Shown: one piece after another, positions 35,840 to 53,777 of the stretch | How positions within the stretch are numbered: position 1 is the first letter of the stretch | How the letters are laid out: each line of letters begins with the position of its first letter | Origin: Escherichia coli | Lineage (GTDB): Bacteria; Pseudomonadota; Gammaproteobacteria; Enterobacterales; Enterobacteriaceae | Assembly: GCF_041886205.1 (NCBI RefSeq) | Contig: NZ_CP169029.1 | DNA: 64,000 nt | Strand: one strand, 5' to 3' | Notes under the pieces: model-generated | Told to the model about the DNA's origin: nothing | What the model saw: the letters and a program-made list of their open reading frames with translations, nothing else | Databases searched by the model: none | Position numbers and translations under genes: made by a program

Positions 35840-38029
35840 ATGCTTTACAAAGGCGACACCCTGTACCTTGACTGGCTGGAAGATGGCATTGCCGAACTGG
35901 TATTTGATGCCCCAGGTTCAGTTAATAAACTCGACACTGCGACCGTCGCCAGCCTTGGCGAGGCCATCGGCGTGCTGGAACAGCAATCAGATCTAAAAGG
36001 GCTGCTACTGCGTTCGAACAAAGCAGCCTTTATCGTCGGTGCTGATATCACCGAATTTTTGTCCCTGTTCCTCGTTCCTGAAGAACAGTTAAGTCAGTGG
36101 CTGCACTTTGCCAATAGCGTGTTTAATCGCCTGGAAGATCTGCCGGTGCCGACCATTGCTGCCGTCAACAGCTATGCGCTGGGCGGTGGCTGCGAATGCG
36201 TGCTGGCGACCGATTATCGTCTGGCGACGCCGGATCTGCGCATCGGTCTGCCGGAAACCAAACTGGGCATCATGCCGGGCTTTGGCGGTTCTGTACGTAT
36301 GCCACGTATGCTGGGCGCTGACAGTGCGCTGGAAATCATTGCCGCCGGTAAAGATGTCGGCGCGGATCAGGCGCTGAAAATCGGTCTGGTGGATGGGGTA
36401 GTCAAAGCAGAAAAACTGGTTGAAGGGGCGATGGCGATTTTACGCCAGGCCATTAACGGCGACCTCGACTGGAAAGCAAAACGTCAGCCGAAGCTGGAAC
36501 CGCTAAAACTGAGCAAGATTGAAGCCACCATGAGCTTCACCATCGCTAAAGGGATGGTCGCACAAACGGCGGGGAAACATTATCCGGCCCCCATCACCGC
36601 AGTAAAAACCATTGAAGCTGCGGCCCGTTTTGGTCGTGAAGAAGCCTTAAATCTGGAAAACAAAAGTTTTGTCCCGCTGGCACATACCAACGAAGCCCGC
36701 GCACTGGTCGGCATTTTCCTTAATGATCAATATGTAAAAGGCAAAGCGAAGAAACTCACCAAAGACGTTGAAACACCGAAACAGGCCGCTGTACTGGGCG
36801 CAGGCATTATGGGCGGCGGTATCGCTTACCAGTCTGCGTGGAAAGGCGTGCCGGTTGTCATGAAAGATATCAACGACAAGTCGTTAGCCCTCGGCATGAC
36901 TGAAGCCGCGAAACTACTGAACAAGCAGCTTGAGCGCGGCAAGATCGATGGTCTGAAACTGGCTGGCGTGATCTCCACGATCCACCCAACGCTCGACTAC
37001 GCCGGATTTGACCGCGTGGATGTTGTGGTAGAAGCGGTTGTCGAAAACCCGAAAGTGAAAAAAGCCGTACTGGCAGAAACCGAGCAGAAAGTACGCCCGG
37101 ATACCGTGCTGGCGTCTAACACTTCAACCATTCCTATCAGCGAACTGGCCAACGCGCTGGAACGTCCGGAAAACTTCTGCGGGATGCACTTCTTTAACCC
37201 GGTCCACCGAATGCCGTTGGTGGAAATTATTCGCGGCGAGAAAAGCTCCGACGAAACCATCGCGAAAGTCGTCGCCTGGGCGAGCAAGATGGGCAAAACG
37301 CCGATTGTGGTTAACGACTGCCCCGGCTTCTTCGTCAACCGCGTGCTGTTCCCGTATTTCGCCGGTTTCAGCCAGTTGCTGCGCGACGGCGCGGATTTCC
37401 GCAAGATCGACAAAGTGATGGAAAAACAGTTTGGCTGGCCGATGGGTCCGGCATATCTGCTGGATGTCGTGGGCATTGATACCGCGCATCACGCTCAGGC
37501 TGTCATGGCAGCAGGCTTCCCGCAGCGGATGCAGAAAGATTATCGCGATGCCATCGACGCGCTGTTTGATGCCAACCGCTTTGGTCAGAAGAACGGCCTC
37601 GGTTTCTGGCATTATAAAGAAGACAGCAAAGGTAAGCCGAAGAAAGAAGAAGACGCCGCTGTTGACGACCTGCTGGCAGAAGTGAGCCAGCCGAAGCGCG
37701 ATTTCAGCGAAGAAGAGATTATCGCCCGCATGATGATCCCGATGGTCAACGAAGTGGTCCGCTGTCTGGAAGAGGGCATTATCGCCACTCCGGCGGAAGC
37801 GGATATGGCGCTGGTCTACGGCCTGGGCTTCCCTCCGTTCCACGGCGGCGCGTTCCGCTGGCTGGACACCCTCGGTAGCGCAAAATACCTCGATATGGCA
37901 CAGCAATATCAGCACCTCGGCCCGCTGTATGAAGTGCCGGAAGGTCTGCGTAATAAAGCGCGTCATAACGAACCGTACTATCCTCCGGTTGAGCCAGCCC
38001 GTCCGGTTGGCGACCTGAAAACGGCTTAA
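35840..38029 (+). CDS. fadB: fatty-acid oxidation complex alpha subunit (enoyl-CoA hydratase / 3-hydroxyacyl-CoA dehydrogenase)
   Basis: 729-aa product from [16 protein letters not shown]; track ORF begins 42 codons upstream. Confidence 0.97.
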   Translation: MLYKGDTLYLDWLEDGIAELVFDAPGSVNKLDTATVASLGEAIGVLEQQSDLKGLLLRSNKAAFIVGADITEFLSLFLVPEEQLSQWLHFANSVFNRLEDLPVPTIAAVNSYALGGGCECVLATDYRLATPDLRIGLPETKLGIMPGFGGSVRMPRMLGADSALEIIAAGKDVGADQALKIGLVDGVVKAEKLVEGAMAILRQAINGDLDWKAKRQPKLEPLKLSKIEATMSFTIAKGMVAQTAGKHYPAPITAVKTIEAAARFGREEALNLENKSFVPLAHTNEARALVGIFLNDQYVKGKAKKLTKDVETPKQAAVLGAGIMGGGIAYQSAWKGVPVVMKDINDKSLALGMTEAAKLLNKQLERGKIDGLKLAGVISTIHPTLDYAGFDRVDVVVEAVVENPKVKKAVLAETEQKVRPDTVLASNTSTIPISELANALERPENFCGMHFFNPVHRMPLVEIIRGEKSSDETIAKVVAWASKMGKTPIVVNDCPGFFVNRVLFPYFAGFSQLLRDGADFRKIDKVMEKQFGWPMGPAYLLDVVGIDTAHHAQAVMAAGFPQRMQKDYRDAIDALFDANRFGQKNGLGFWHYKEDSKGKPKKEEDAAVDDLLAEVSQPKRDFSEEEIIARMMIPMVNEVVRCLEEGIIATPAEADMALVYGLGFPPFHGGAFRWLDTLGSAKYLDMAQQYQHLGPLYEVPEGLRNKARHNEPYYPPVEPARPVGDLKTA

Positions 38030-39202
<1,173 letters not shown>

Positions 39203-39208
39203 GCACTT

Positions 39209-39392
<184 letters not shown>

Positions 39393-39452
39393 TGGTTTGC
39401 CAGATACGTCATAGATCTAAATGCCACTGAATAACAGTTTAGTTGCCGTTCT

Positions 39453-39477
39453 TCCCGCCTGTCAGGGGCGGGTTTTT
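39453..39477 (+). terminator. rho-independent terminator (CCCGCCTGTCAGGGGCGGG + TTTTTT), probably ending the fadBA transcript
   Basis: GC-rich hairpin followed by six T on the plus strand. Confidence 0.6.
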
Positions 39478-39483
39478 TATATC

Positions 39484-40185
39484 TCAGATAAATGCAAACG
39501 CATCGCCAAACAGGCGATCTTCCCGCGCATTACGCTCACTGCAAAACAGGTCACGAGCAATTTTCGCCATCTCAAAACGTCCGGCAATATAGATATCATG
39601 CTCTGCCAGCGTACCGTGATCCTGCAATACCGCCGTTAACACGGTGCCAGTACGCCCACGCCAGCCCGCTTCCGGTTGTTCAACCACCGGCACCACTTGC
39701 AGACCAGGGTGCTTTAACGAAAGCGCCTCAAGCTCGCAGAGATCATACAGATGCTGCTCTTCACGCCCGCCCCAGTAAATGGTGATATCACGGTTTGGGT
39801 TACGCGCCAACGCTGTCAGCAAAATCGAGCGGGCATAAGAGAACCCGGTGCCGCCCGCAATCAAAATCATCGGACGCTCTTCATCATCGCGCAGCCACGC
39901 TTCTCCGTGGGGAATATCGACCACGATTTGATGATCTTTGAGGATGCGGTCCATGACTGCTTTCGCGTAAAGGTTGATTTCAGAAGCGCCAATATGCAGC
40001 TCGATAAACCCTTTTTCATCCGGCGTCGAGGCCATTGAGAACGGACGTTTGTCGCGCTCATCCATCACTACCATCAAATACTGACCAGCACGAAAAGAAA
40101 AGGCCGCGTCTGGCACGATGCGGACACGATATACGGTATCCGTGATAGCTTCTACCGAGGTCACTTTACAGCTTAAGGTTGTCAT
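39484..40185 (-). CDS. fre: NAD(P)H-flavin reductase
   Basis: 233-aa product from [16 protein letters not shown]; track ORF has an 11-codon extension. Confidence 0.93.
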
Positions 40186-40230
40186 GCGCTTTCTCTGTCG
40201 GATCGATAAATAGGGCAAAACAAACGCGCA

Positions 40231-41724
40231 TCAGGCGCTTTTACCGTTGTTAAAAATAGCCAGTTCATCCCAGATGGCGTCAATATGCGCGACAACATCT
40301 GGATCTTTTTTGATGGGACGCCCCCATTCACGCTGGGTTTCCCCCGGCCATTTATTCGTGGCATCCAGCCCCATTTTTGAACCCAGCCCGGAGACAGGCG
40401 AGGCAAAATCCAGATAATCAATAGGCGTATTTTCTACCAGAACAGTATCCCGCGCCGGGTCCATACGGGTGGTAATCGCCCAAATCACATCGTTCCAGTC
40501 GCGTGCGTTGACGTCATCATCGCAAACGATCACAAATTTAGTGTACATAAACTGGCGTAAGAACGACCAGACGCCCATCATGACGCGCTTCGCGTGTCCG
40601 GCGTACTGTTTTTTGATCGTCACTACCGCCAGACGATAAGAACAGCCTTCCGGCGGCAGGTAGAAATCGACAATTTCCGGGAACTGTTTTTGCAGAATCG
40701 GCACGAACACTTCGTTCAACGCCACGCCCAGCACTGCCGGTTCATCTGGTGGACGGCCGGTATAAGTGGAGTGATAAATCGCATCTTCACGCTGGGTAAT
40801 ATGCGTCACGGTAAATACCGGGAAACTGTCGACTTCGTTATAGTAACCGGTGTGGTCGCCATACGGCCCTTCCGGCGCAGTTTCGCCTTGTTCGATATAC
40901 CCTTCCAGCACAATCTCCGCACTGGCGGGCACTTCAAGGTCATTGGAAATACACTTCACCACTTCGGTCTTGGTGCCACGTAGCAATCCGGCAAACGCAT
41001 ACTCTGAAAGCGTATCCGGAACGGGAGTGACTGCACCGAGAATCGTGGCGGGATCGGCACCCAGCGCCACAGAAACCGGGAAACGTTCGCCCGGATGCGC
41101 CGCACACCACTCCTGATAATCCAGCGCGCCGCCGCGATGCGACAGCCAGCGCATAATCAGTTTGTTTTTACCAATCAGCTGCTGGCGATAAATGCCCAGA
41201 TTCTGCCGCTCTTTATGCGGGCCGCGCGTCACTGTCAGCCCCCAGGTAATCAGCGGCGCGGCATCTTCCGGCCAGCAGGTCATAATGGGAATGCGATTGA
41301 GATCGACGTCATCGCCAGAGACGATTTTTTGTTGGCAGGGCGCACCACGCAGCCGCTTTGTCGGCATGTTCAATACTTGCTTAAACTGCGGCAGTTTATC
41401 AAACAGGTCGCGGAAACCTTTTGGCGGCTCCGGCTCTTTCAGAAACGCCAATAATTTACCAACTTCACGCAGCGCCGAAACATCTTCCTGCCCCATGCCC
41501 ATCGCCACGCGCTTTGGCGTACCGAACAGGTTGCACAGCACCGGCATTGAGTAGCCTTTAGGGTTTTCGAACAACAGCGCAGGCCCACCGGCACGCAAAG
41601 TGCGGTCAGCAATTTCAGTGATTTCCAGATGCGGATCCACCGGGAGCGTGATACGTTTTAGCTCACCCTGCTGTTCAAGCAGCGTCAGGAAGTCGCGTAA
41701 ATCGTTATATTTCATGGCGTCCAT
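40231..41724 (-). CDS. ubiD: 3-octaprenyl-4-hydroxybenzoate decarboxylase
   Basis: 497-aa ORF recognised as UbiD. Confidence 0.95.
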   Translation of the reverse strand: MDAMKYNDLRDFLTLLEQQGELKRITLPVDPHLEITEIADRTLRAGGPALLFENPKGYSMPVLCNLFGTPKRVAMGMGQEDVSALREVGKLLAFLKEPEPPKGFRDLFDKLPQFKQVLNMPTKRLRGAPCQQKIVSGDDVDLNRIPIMTCWPEDAAPLITWGLTVTRGPHKERQNLGIYRQQLIGKNKLIMRWLSHRGGALDYQEWCAAHPGERFPVSVALGADPATILGAVTPVPDTLSEYAFAGLLRGTKTEVVKCISNDLEVPASAEIVLEGYIEQGETAPEGPYGDHTGYYNEVDSFPVFTVTHITQREDAIYHSTYTGRPPDEPAVLGVALNEVFVPILQKQFPEIVDFYLPPEGCSYRLAVVTIKKQYAGHAKRVMMGVWSFLRQFMYTKFVIVCDDDVNARDWNDVIWAITTRMDPARDTVLVENTPIDYLDFASPVSGLGSKMGLDATNKWPGETQREWGRPIKKDPDVVAHIDAIWDELAIFNNGKSA

Positions 41725-41845
41725 TGTAGCCTCTTAATCTGCGCCCATTATACGGCGTTCATCTTTGTGATGCTGTAAATTTGTTAAATTAGCGTGAACT
41801 CTGACGGTATAACGCAAACCGGGGAATATAATTAACTTAGCGTAA

Positions 41846-43158
<1,313 letters not shown>

Positions 43159-43199
43159 CCTGTACTCCATATGACAACCGCCCTGACGGGCGGTTGAAT

Positions 43200-43976
43200 T
43201 TATTCTTCAGTTTTTTCGCTTTCTGCTTCAGCGTCGTTTTCCTCTTCCCGATTTCGCCCTTTACCAACGTAAAAGCGTGAGAAGAAGACACCGATTTCAA
43301 ACAGACAGTACATCGGGATCGCCAACAGCGTTTGCGAGAAGACATCCGGCGGCGTCAGCAACATCCCGACAACGAATGCACCAACCAGCACATACGGGCG
43401 TTTTTTGCGTAAGTCTTCTGGCGAGGTAATCCCCATCCAGCACAGCAGCACAATTGCCACAGGCACTTCAAAGGAGACACCAAACGCCATAAACAACGCC
43501 ATAACAAAGCTTAAATAGCTGGCGATGTCGGTGGATACCTGCACCCCTTCCGGCGCGGTATTGGCAAGGAAGCCAAATGCCAGCGGAAAGACCACAAAGT
43601 AGGCGAACGCCATGCCGATATAAAACAGCAGAGAGCTGGAAACCAGCAGCGGCACCACCAGGCGACGTTCATGCTTATACAGCGCTGGGGCGATAAATGC
43701 CCACACCTGATAGAGAATCACCGGCGCTGACAGAATCAGCGACACCATAAAGGTCAGCTTGATCGGCGTAAAGAACGGCGAGGCCACGTCGGTGGCGATC
43801 ATCGTTGAACCTTGCGGCAACTGCTTGATCAATGGCGCGGATACCAGGTGATAGATGTCATTGGCGAAATAGACCAGACACAGGAATATCACGATCACCG
43901 CGATAATGCAGTTCAGCAGACGCTTACGCAGCTCAATCAGATGCGTGATAAGCGGTTGAGTATCTTCTACAGACAT
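43200..43976 (-). CDS. tatC: twin-arginine translocase subunit TatC
   Basis: 258-aa six-helix membrane ORF. Confidence 0.95.
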
Positions 43977-43978
43977 GT

Positions 43979-44494
43979 TTACGGTTTATCACTCGACGAA
44001 GGGGAAGGTGCAGCGGTTTTCGGTTCAGCGTCCGCAGCAGGTTTTACCACCGGCTCTGGCGTGGTTTCTGGCTTCTGTTCCGGCGAACTGGCCTGCGTTT
44101 GTGCAGCGGCAGGCGTTACGCCTTCATGCGCAGCTTCATTGTCTTTCACCACCGGGTTATGGATGGTGTGCGCTTCATCGCTCGCCTTTTCAGGATCGTT
44201 TGCAACGTAGGAACGCTTCATCGACTCTGCGGCCTGGCGTAATTCATCCATCGACGCTTTCAGTTCGGGCGTCAGATTAGTGAGGCTCGCCTTTTCAACC
44301 TTTTTCAGACTGTCCTGAAACTCCTGGAGTTTTAACTCCTGGGTCAGTTCGTTCTGCACCGTTGTCGCCAGTGAACGCAACGCGCGAATCCAGCCCGCTA
44401 CCGTTTTTACCGCCACAGGCAGTCGTTGCGGCCCCAGAACGACTAGGCCGATGATGAACACCAATAGCAGTTCGCTAAAACCGATATCAAACAC
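43979..44494 (-). CDS. tatB: twin-arginine translocase subunit TatB
   Basis: 171-aa [29 protein letters not shown].. Confidence 0.95.
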
Positions 44495-44497
44495 GGA

Positions 44498-44767
44498 TTA
44501 CACCTGCTCTTTATCGTGGCGCTTCGCGTCTTCTGTTTTAGCCTGTTCCTGATTCGTATCCGCCTGCTTATCGGCGATAGTTTTCGCAGTAAAATCAGCA
44601 TCCTGACTGGTTTTATCCTGCTTTGGTTCATCATCGCTCATTGCTTTTTTAAAGCCTTTGATCGACGCACCAAGATCGGAACCGATGGAGCCGAGCTTTT
44701 TGGTGCCAAAAAGCAGTACAACGATGACGGCAATAATCAATAACTGCCAAATACTGATACCACCCAT
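44498..44767 (-). CDS. tatA: twin-arginine translocase subunit TatA
   Basis: 89-aa product from [25 protein letters not shown]. Confidence 0.93.
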   Translation of the reverse strand: MGGISIWQLLIIAVIVVLLFGTKKLGSIGSDLGASIKGFKKAMSDDEPKQDKTSQDADFTAKTIADKQADTNQEQAKTEDAKRHDKEQV

Positions 44768-44845
44768 ACATGTTCCTCTGTGGTAGATGATGATTAAACA
44801 AGGCCGCATTATACGTTACACGGCCCGCCTTGAGCGATGAAAAAA

Positions 44846-47088
<2,243 letters not shown>

Positions 47089-47101
47089 TTCCGGTCTCCT
47101 G

Positions 47102-47857
47102 TCAGAACTTATAACCACGATGCAACGCCACAACCCCTGCCGTCAGATTGTAGTAGTCGACACTTTCGAATCCAGCATCCTGCATCATGGCTTTCAGGGT
47201 ATCCTGATCGGGATGCATACGGATGGATTCTGCCAGATAACGGTAGCTGTCGGCGTCGTTCGCGACCAGTGAGCCAATACGCGGCAGCACATGGAAGGAG
47301 TATGCATCATAGGCTTTGCTCAGCGGCTCGATAATTGGCTTCGAGAACTCAAGCACCAGCAGGCGGCCGCCGGGTTTCAGCACGCGATACATTGAACGCA
47401 GTGCTTTATCTTTGTCGGTGACGTTACGCAGACCAAACGAAATGGTGATGCAATCAAAGGTGTTATCCGGGAACGGCAGCGCCTCAGCGTTCGCCTGAAC
47501 ATACTCAACGTTGCCAATCACACCGATATTACGCAGCTTCTCGCGTCCCATTTTGAGCATGGATTCATTGATATCAGCAAGGACCACTTTGCCAGTTTCT
47601 CCGACCAGGCGGGAGAATTTCGCTGTCAGGTCGCCGGTGCCACCAGCCAGATCCAGCACGGTCTGCCCACGGCGTACGCCGCTGCAATCAATCGTGAATC
47701 GCTTCCACAAACGATGAATACCAAATGACATCAAATCATTCATGACATCGTATTTTGATGCCACGGAATGGAAAACGTGGGCGACCATATCCGCTTTTTG
47801 TTCCTTCGCGACGGTCTGAAAACCAAAGTGCGTCGTTTCTTGTGACTTATCCACCAT
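47102..47857 (-). CDS. ubiE: ubiquinone/menaquinone C-methyltransferase
   Basis: 251-aa ORF with SAM-binding motif ([10 protein letters not shown]). Confidence 0.95.
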
Positions 47858-47951
47858 CTCAATGCCTGCTCATCAAAAAATTGTTCCAGAAGTGTAACAG
47901 ATTGGGCGTCGATGCCCTAGATTTCTACCCGGCTTAACTACCCCCAATGGG

Positions 47952-49379
47952 CTAGCGCGACTGCTGATTATATTCATCATCGCGTTGATAAGCTTCATCA
48001 TTCGGCTGCTCCGGAACCGACCGAAGTCGATACTCTTCATCCTGGCTCACCGCCTGTTCAGCCAAATCCGGATTAATCTCGCGTTTTATTTCTACTCCTA
48101 AACCGCGAAACGCTTCTGCCTGCGCCAGCACATTTCCGCGCCCTGAAGAGAGTTTTTTCATTGCCTGCCGATAGTTATCCTGCGCTTTGTCGAGACTTTG
48201 ACCAATCGCGGACATGTCATCGATGAACAAACGCATCTTGTCGTACAGCTTGCTGGCACGATCGGCGATTTGCTGGGCGTTGCGGCTTTGATGCTCATAA
48301 CGCCACAGGTTGGCGATAGTGCGCAGCGCCACCAGCAGCGTAGTCGGGCTAACCAGCATGATATTGTTTTTCAACGCTTCGGTGATCAGCTCCGGCTGGC
48401 GGTCAAGCGCCAGTAAAAAAGCGGGTTCAACGGGAATAAACATCAGCACGTAATCCAGGGTTCGCAGCCCCGGCAGTTGTTGATAATCTTTGCGTCCCAG
48501 CAAACGGATATGGTTACGCACCGACGCGATATGTTCCTGTAGCGCGCTTTCGCGGGTGTAGTCGTCTTCGGCGTTAAAATAGCGTTCATAGGCGACCAGC
48601 GTCATTTTGGCGTCGATCACCACATCTTTTCCCTGCGGCAGCCGCACGATGACATCCGGCTGCATCCGCGAGCGGGCGTCATTTTCGATGCTGACCTGGG
48701 TTTCATATTCATACCCTTCACGCAGACCGGAAGCCTCCAGCACCCGCGTCAATACTACCTCGCCCCAGTTGCCCTGGGTTTTATTGTCGCCTTTCAGCGC
48801 GCGCGTCAGGTTGATCGCTTCCTGGGCCATTTGCGCATTGAGCTGCTGGAGATTGCGAATTTCGTGGGTCAGGGTATGGCGTTCTTGTGCTTCTTTACCG
48901 AAGCTGTCCTGAACCTGACGGCGGAAACCGTCCAGTTGTTCACGTAGCGGCGACAACAGGCTGTTCAGACTCTGACGGTTTTGCTCATCAACCCGGCGAT
49001 TGCTGTGCTCAAAAATACGGTTGGCGAGGTTTTCAAACTGCTCACTGAGGCGCTGCTCGCTGTTAATCATCTGGCGAATTTTATCGTCAGCATGTTGCTG
49101 TGCGGCTTCCATCCGCGTGGTTACTTCACGCAGATCGGCCTCCAGAGAGGTGTTAATACTTTGCAGGCTGCGCACTTCGTTATTGAGTAACTCGCACTCT
49201 GCACGCCAGTGCTCGCTTTGGGTAATTTGTTGTTTTGCCGCGCTTAACTCCGCGACCATCTCTTCACGTTCAGCTAATTGCTCGGCTTTTTGCTGCGCAT
49301 GTTGATAACTGGCAAACAGCCAGCCAATTGCCACACCCACCAACGCAATAACTGCGTAAACCATGATTGAGAAATCCAC
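47952..49379 (-). CDS. rmuC: DNA recombination protein RmuC
   Basis: 475-aa ORF with N-terminal membrane anchor and long coiled-coil. Confidence 0.9.
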   Translation of the reverse strand: MDFSIMVYAVIALVGVAIGWLFASYQHAQQKAEQLAEREEMVAELSAAKQQITQSEHWRAECELLNNEVRSLQSINTSLEADLREVTTRMEAAQQHADDKIRQMINSEQRLSEQFENLANRIFEHSNRRVDEQNRQSLNSLLSPLREQLDGFRRQVQDSFGKEAQERHTLTHEIRNLQQLNAQMAQEAINLTRALKGDNKTQGNWGEVVLTRVLEASGLREGYEYETQVSIENDARSRMQPDVIVRLPQGKDVVIDAKMTLVAYERYFNAEDDYTRESALQEHIASVRNHIRLLGRKDYQQLPGLRTLDYVLMFIPVEPAFLLALDRQPELITEALKNNIMLVSPTTLLVALRTIANLWRYEHQSRNAQQIADRASKLYDKMRLFIDDMSAIGQSLDKAQDNYRQAMKKLSSGRGNVLAQAEAFRGLGVEIKREINPDLAEQAVSQDEEYRLRSVPEQPNDEAYQRDDEYNQQSR

Positions 49380-49519
49380 AACGCCTCCTGACGCAACAAC
49401 TTACCCGCACAAAATAGAATTGTGCTGTACAAACGTCCAGTTGGAAAGGCATTTCCTGCGAGGCGCTACGCAAAAATACAAAAGGCCGAACGCGTCGGCC
49501 TTCAGACAGGAGAAGAGAA

Positions 49520-50281
49520 TTACAGCAGACGACGCGCCGCTTCCACCACGATTTTCACCGCATGGCTTTCGGTTTGTTTCATCGTCTCAGCATTCGGGAT
49601 CTCTTGCTGGGTGCGGTTAACGATAACACCCGCTACCATACCGGCACGCAGGCCCTGACTTGCACACATGGTCAGCAGGGTTGCAGATTCCATTTCATAG
49701 TTCATTACGCCCATCGCCTGCCACTCTTCCATAGAACCTTTAAAGTGACGAACTACGCGACCAGAGTAAGTATCGTAACGTTCCTGGCCTGGGTAGAAGG
49801 TATCAGAAGAAGCCGTCACGCCAACGTGAGTCGTCGCGCCAATGGATTTCGCCGCTTCAACCAGCGCAGTCGTACATTCGAAATCAGCGACAGCCGGGAA
49901 TTCCAGCGGTGCGAAGTGCAGGCTCGCGCCATCCAGACGGACAGACGCCGTGGTAACCAGGACATCACCCACATTAATATGCGGCTGAATAGCGCCCGTT
50001 GTACCGATACGCAGGAAGGTGCGAATGCCCAGCTGTGCCAGCTCTTCAACAGCAATAGAGGTAGACGGGCCACCGATACCGGTAGAGCAGACGATAACAG
50101 GTTTACCATCCAGCTCTGCACGCCAGGTGGTGAATTCGCGGTGAGATGCCAGCTTAACCGGCTTATCCATCAGCGCGGCGATCTTTTCCACACGATCCGG
50201 GTCGCCAGGGACGATGGCAAGCGTAGCCCCTTGTAAATCGTTTTTAGTGAGGCCGAGATGAAAAACATCAGACTTGGACAT
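49520..50281 (-). CDS. udp: uridine phosphorylase
   Basis: 253-aa product from [16 protein letters not shown]. Confidence 0.95.
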   Translation of the reverse strand: MSKSDVFHLGLTKNDLQGATLAIVPGDPDRVEKIAALMDKPVKLASHREFTTWRAELDGKPVIVCSTGIGGPSTSIAVEELAQLGIRTFLRIGTTGAIQPHINVGDVLVTTASVRLDGASLHFAPLEFPAVADFECTTALVEAAKSIGATTHVGVTASSDTFYPGQERYDTYSGRVVRHFKGSMEEWQAMGVMNYEMESATLLTMCASQGLRAGMVAGVIVNRTQQEIPNAETMKQTESHAVKIVVEAARRLL

Positions 50282-50542
50282 ATACAACTCCTCTGTGAAT
50301 CGGTTTAGTCAGAAGAAGCAAAAAGACACTTTACCGAAGGGTTTAACATTTTTTCGTGATACTCATCACCATGACGCAAATGCGTTGCATAAATTTACCC
50401 ACCAAAAGTGATTCAAATCACATAAATCACTCTTCATTCTGCAGGACTGCATAAAAGATGAGCCGATTCAGGCAATGTGATTTGTTGCATGCTGACTATA
50501 GTTAACATTGCGCAACATTTTTATAAGGGTACGGAGAATACC

Positions 50543-51358
50543 ATGGCAACAACACAACAATCTGGATTTGCACCTGCTGCATCGCCTCTCGCTTCGACCA
50601 TCGTTCAGACCCCGGACGACGCGATTGTGGCGGGCTTCACCTCTATCCCTTCACAAGGGGATAACATGCCTGCTTACCATGCCAGACCAAAGCAAAGCGA
50701 TGCCCCACTGCCAGTGGTCATTGTAGTGCAGGAAATTTTTGGCGTGCATGAACATATCCGCGACATTTGTCGCCGTCTGGCGCTGGAGGGGTATCTGGCT
50801 ATCGCACCTGAACTTTACTTCCGCGAAGGCGATCCGAATGATTTTGCCGATATCCCCACGTTGCTTAGCGGTCTGGTAGCAAAAGTGCCTGACTCGCAGG
50901 TGCTGGCCGATCTCGATCATGTCGCCAGTTGGGCTTCCCGCAACGGCGGCGATGTTCATCGTTTAATGATCACCGGATTCTGCTGGGGTGGACGTATCAC
51001 CTGGCTGTATGCCGCGCATAATCCACAGCTAAAAGCTGCAGTGGCGTGGTACGGCAAACTGACGGGCGACAAGTCGCTGAATTCACCGAAACAACCTGTT
51101 GATATCGCAACCGATCTTAACGCGCCGGTTCTCGGCTTATATGGCGGTCTGGATAACAGTATTCCGCAGGAGAGCGTTGAAACCATGCGCCAGGCGCTGC
51201 GGGCTGCTAATGCGAAAGCAGAGATTATCGTGTACCCGGATGCCGGGCATGCATTCAACGCTGATTATCGCCCGAGCTATCATGCCGAATCTGCGAAAGA
51301 TGGCTGGCAGCGAATGTTGGAATGGTTTAAGCGGTATGGTGGGAAGAAGTCGCTGTAA
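50543..51358 (+). CDS. dlhH: dienelactone hydrolase-family carboxymethylenebutenolidase
   Basis: 271-aa product from [11 protein letters not shown] (ATG 50543); track ORF starts 22 codons upstream. Confidence 0.85.
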   Translation: MATTQQSGFAPAASPLASTIVQTPDDAIVAGFTSIPSQGDNMPAYHARPKQSDAPLPVVIVVQEIFGVHEHIRDICRRLALEGYLAIAPELYFREGDPNDFADIPTLLSGLVAKVPDSQVLADLDHVASWASRNGGDVHRLMITGFCWGGRITWLYAAHNPQLKAAVAWYGKLTGDKSLNSPKQPVDIATDLNAPVLGLYGGLDNSIPQESVETMRQALRAANAKAEIIVYPDAGHAFNADYRPSYHAESAKDGWQRMLEWFKRYGGKKSL

Positions 51359-51397
51359 TGAGAAAAGACCGGGTGGTATTACCACCCGGTTTGGATT

Positions 51398-53659
51398 TTA
51401 CCCCCGACGCAAGTTCTGCGCCGCCTGCACCATGTTCGCCAGTGCCGCGCGGGTTTCTGGCCAGCCGCGCGTTTTCAGGCCACAGTCCGGGTTGACCCAC
51501 AGGCGCTCTGCCGGAATGCGTTTTGCCGCTTTCTTCAGCAGGGCTTTAATCCATTCCACGCTCGGTACGTTTGGCGAGTGAATGTCATAGACGCCTGGAC
51601 CGATTTCATTCGGATAATCAAACTCTTCGAACGACTCCAGCAACTCCATGTCAGAACGCGAAGTTTCGATGGTAATCACATCCGCATCCAGCGCCGCAAT
51701 GGAATCCATGATGTCGTTGAACTCGCAATAACACATGTGAGTGTGGATTTGTGTGTCATCTTTCGCCACGGCGGCGTTGATACGGAAGGCCTCTACGCCC
51801 CACTGGAGATAGGCGTCCCAGTCGCTACGACGCAGCGGTAAACCTTCGCGCAGCGCCGGTTCGTCAATCTGGATGATACCAATCCCTGCCGCTTCCAGAT
51901 CGGCCACCTCATCACGCAGCGCCAGCGCAATCTGTTTGGCGATGGTTTCACGGCTGACATCTTCACGCGGGAACGACCAGCAGAGTATGGTCACCGGCCC
52001 CGTCAGCATCCCTTTCACCGGTTTGTCGGTCAGCGATTGCGCATACTTCGCCCACTCCACGGTAATCGGTGCCGGGCGGCTAATGTCACCAATGACAATC
52101 GGTGGCTTCACGCAGCGGGAACCGTAGCTCTGTACCCAACCGTTTTGCGTAAAGACAAATCCGTCGAGGTGCTCGCCAAAGTATTCCACCATGTCATTAC
52201 GCTCGGCCTCGCCATGTACCAGCACATCCAGTCCCAAACGTTCCTGCTCAACAATGGCCTGCTTGATATGTTCCGCAATGCCCGTGCGGTAGTTGTTGGC
52301 GTCGAGATTACCCTTTTTGAAATCCAGACGCAGGGTACGAATTTCCGTGGTTTGCGGGAAAGAACCAATCGTGGTGGTCGGCCACGCTGGCAGTTTAAAA
52401 CGCGCACGCTGGGCTTCGGCACGCACTTCATAGACATTCGCACGCTGGCTGTCCTGGGCGGTGATCGCCGCCAGACGCTTTTCTACCGCCGGATTATGTA
52501 CACGAGTAGAGTGACGACGCGCCTGAATTGGGGCGCTCCACTCTGCCAGAGCTGCCGTGTCACCACTGTTCAGCGCATCGCGCAGCAGTGCCAGTTCATG
52601 GCATTTTTGTAGGGCGAAGGCAAACCAGCTTTTCACTTCTGCATCAAGACGCGTTTCCACGCTCAGGTCGATGGGGCTGTGCAGCAACGAGCAGGAAGAT
52701 GCCACCCACAAATCACGTTTGCCGACAATGTCCTTAATTTGCGCATATTTCTCGGTAAGATCGGCGCGCCAGACGTTACGACCATTGATCAGACCCGCAG
52801 ACAGCAACCAGTCAGAAGGTAGGCGCTTGTGCAGTTCAGCAACGTCATCTTTACCATGTACAAGGTCCACATGCAGCCCCTGAACAGGCAGCGCAGTAAT
52901 CGTGTCGAGGTTTGGCGTTACGCCTTCAAAATAGGTGGTCAGCAGCAGTTTCACCTGGCCCTGGAGCGCGTCGTAAGCGGGTTTGTATGCGTCCAGCCAC
53001 GCCTGCGGTAGTTCCAGTACCAGCGCGGGTTCGTCGATCTGTACCCACTCAATGCCGCGTTTTGCCAGTTCTGCCAGCACTTGCTGATAAACCGGCAGAA
53101 TGTCGTTCAGCAGGCTCAGGCGGTCAAATTGTTCACCTTTCACTTTCCCCAGCCACAGCCAGGTAACCGGCCCCAGCAGCACAGGTTTCACCTTGTGGCC
53201 CAGCGCCAGCGCCTCGTCCACTTCGTCCAGCAGCTGCGTCCAGGTCAGTTTGAACTGTTGGCCTTTAACGAACTCCGGCACCATGTAGTGATAGTTGGTG
53301 TTAAACCATTTGGTCATTTCCGCTGCCGCCGCAGGTTCGCCAGTTGGCGCACGTCCACGACCAATACGGAACAGGGTGTCGATATCTACCGAACCATCTT
53401 TGTTCTGATGACGTGGCGGAACATTACCCAGCAGCAGACTGGTGGTCAGTACATGATCATACCAGGCAAAATCGCCCACCGGCAGCAGGTCGATACCCGC
53501 TTGCTTTTGTTGATCCCAGTGACGAGCACGCAATTCACGCCCTACCGCCAGCAGTTCTTCACGCGTGGAGTTCCCCGCCCAATAACTCTCTTGCGCTTTT
53601 TTCAGCTCGCGACGCAGGCCAACGCGAGGGAAACCGAGGGTGTGATTAAGAATTGTCAT
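51398..53659 (-). CDS. metE: cobalamin-independent methionine synthase
   Basis: 753-aa ORF recognised as MetE. Confidence 0.97.
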   Translation of the reverse strand: MTILNHTLGFPRVGLRRELKKAQESYWAGNSTREELLAVGRELRARHWDQQKQAGIDLLPVGDFAWYDHVLTTSLLLGNVPPRHQNKDGSVDIDTLFRIGRGRAPTGEPAAAAEMTKWFNTNYHYMVPEFVKGQQFKLTWTQLLDEVDEALALGHKVKPVLLGPVTWLWLGKVKGEQFDRLSLLNDILPVYQQVLAELAKRGIEWVQIDEPALVLELPQAWLDAYKPAYDALQGQVKLLLTTYFEGVTPNLDTITALPVQGLHVDLVHGKDDVAELHKRLPSDWLLSAGLINGRNVWRADLTEKYAQIKDIVGKRDLWVASSCSLLHSPIDLSVETRLDAEVKSWFAFALQKCHELALLRDALNSGDTAALAEWSAPIQARRHSTRVHNPAVEKRLAAITAQDSQRANVYEVRAEAQRARFKLPAWPTTTIGSFPQTTEIRTLRLDFKKGNLDANNYRTGIAEHIKQAIVEQERLGLDVLVHGEAERNDMVEYFGEHLDGFVFTQNGWVQSYGSRCVKPPIVIGDISRPAPITVEWAKYAQSLTDKPVKGMLTGPVTILCWSFPREDVSRETIAKQIALALRDEVADLEAAGIGIIQIDEPALREGLPLRRSDWDAYLQWGVEAFRINAAVAKDDTQIHTHMCYCEFNDIMDSIAALDADVITIETSRSDMELLESFEEFDYPNEIGPGVYDIHSPNVPSVEWIKALLKKAAKRIPAERLWVNPDCGLKTRGWPETRAALANMVQAAQNLRRG

Positions 53660-53764
53660 TATATGCCCCTTATGGAATTTTTAGTATTTAGCCGTCCAGA
53701 TGTTTACACATCCATAATTGGCGGTTACTGTATATTCCTCAAGCGCAAATTATTCATGCCGAAG

Positions 53765-53777
53765 TGAAGGACTTTCA
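53765..53777 (+). promoter_or_regulatory. MetR-type binding motif TGAAggactTTCA in the metE-metR divergent region
   Basis: TGAA-N5-TTCA dyad immediately abutting the metR ATG. Confidence 0.5.

Noticed and set aside
53081-53767. 228-aa plus-strand ORF antisense to metE
   Set aside because: Shadow ORF within metE
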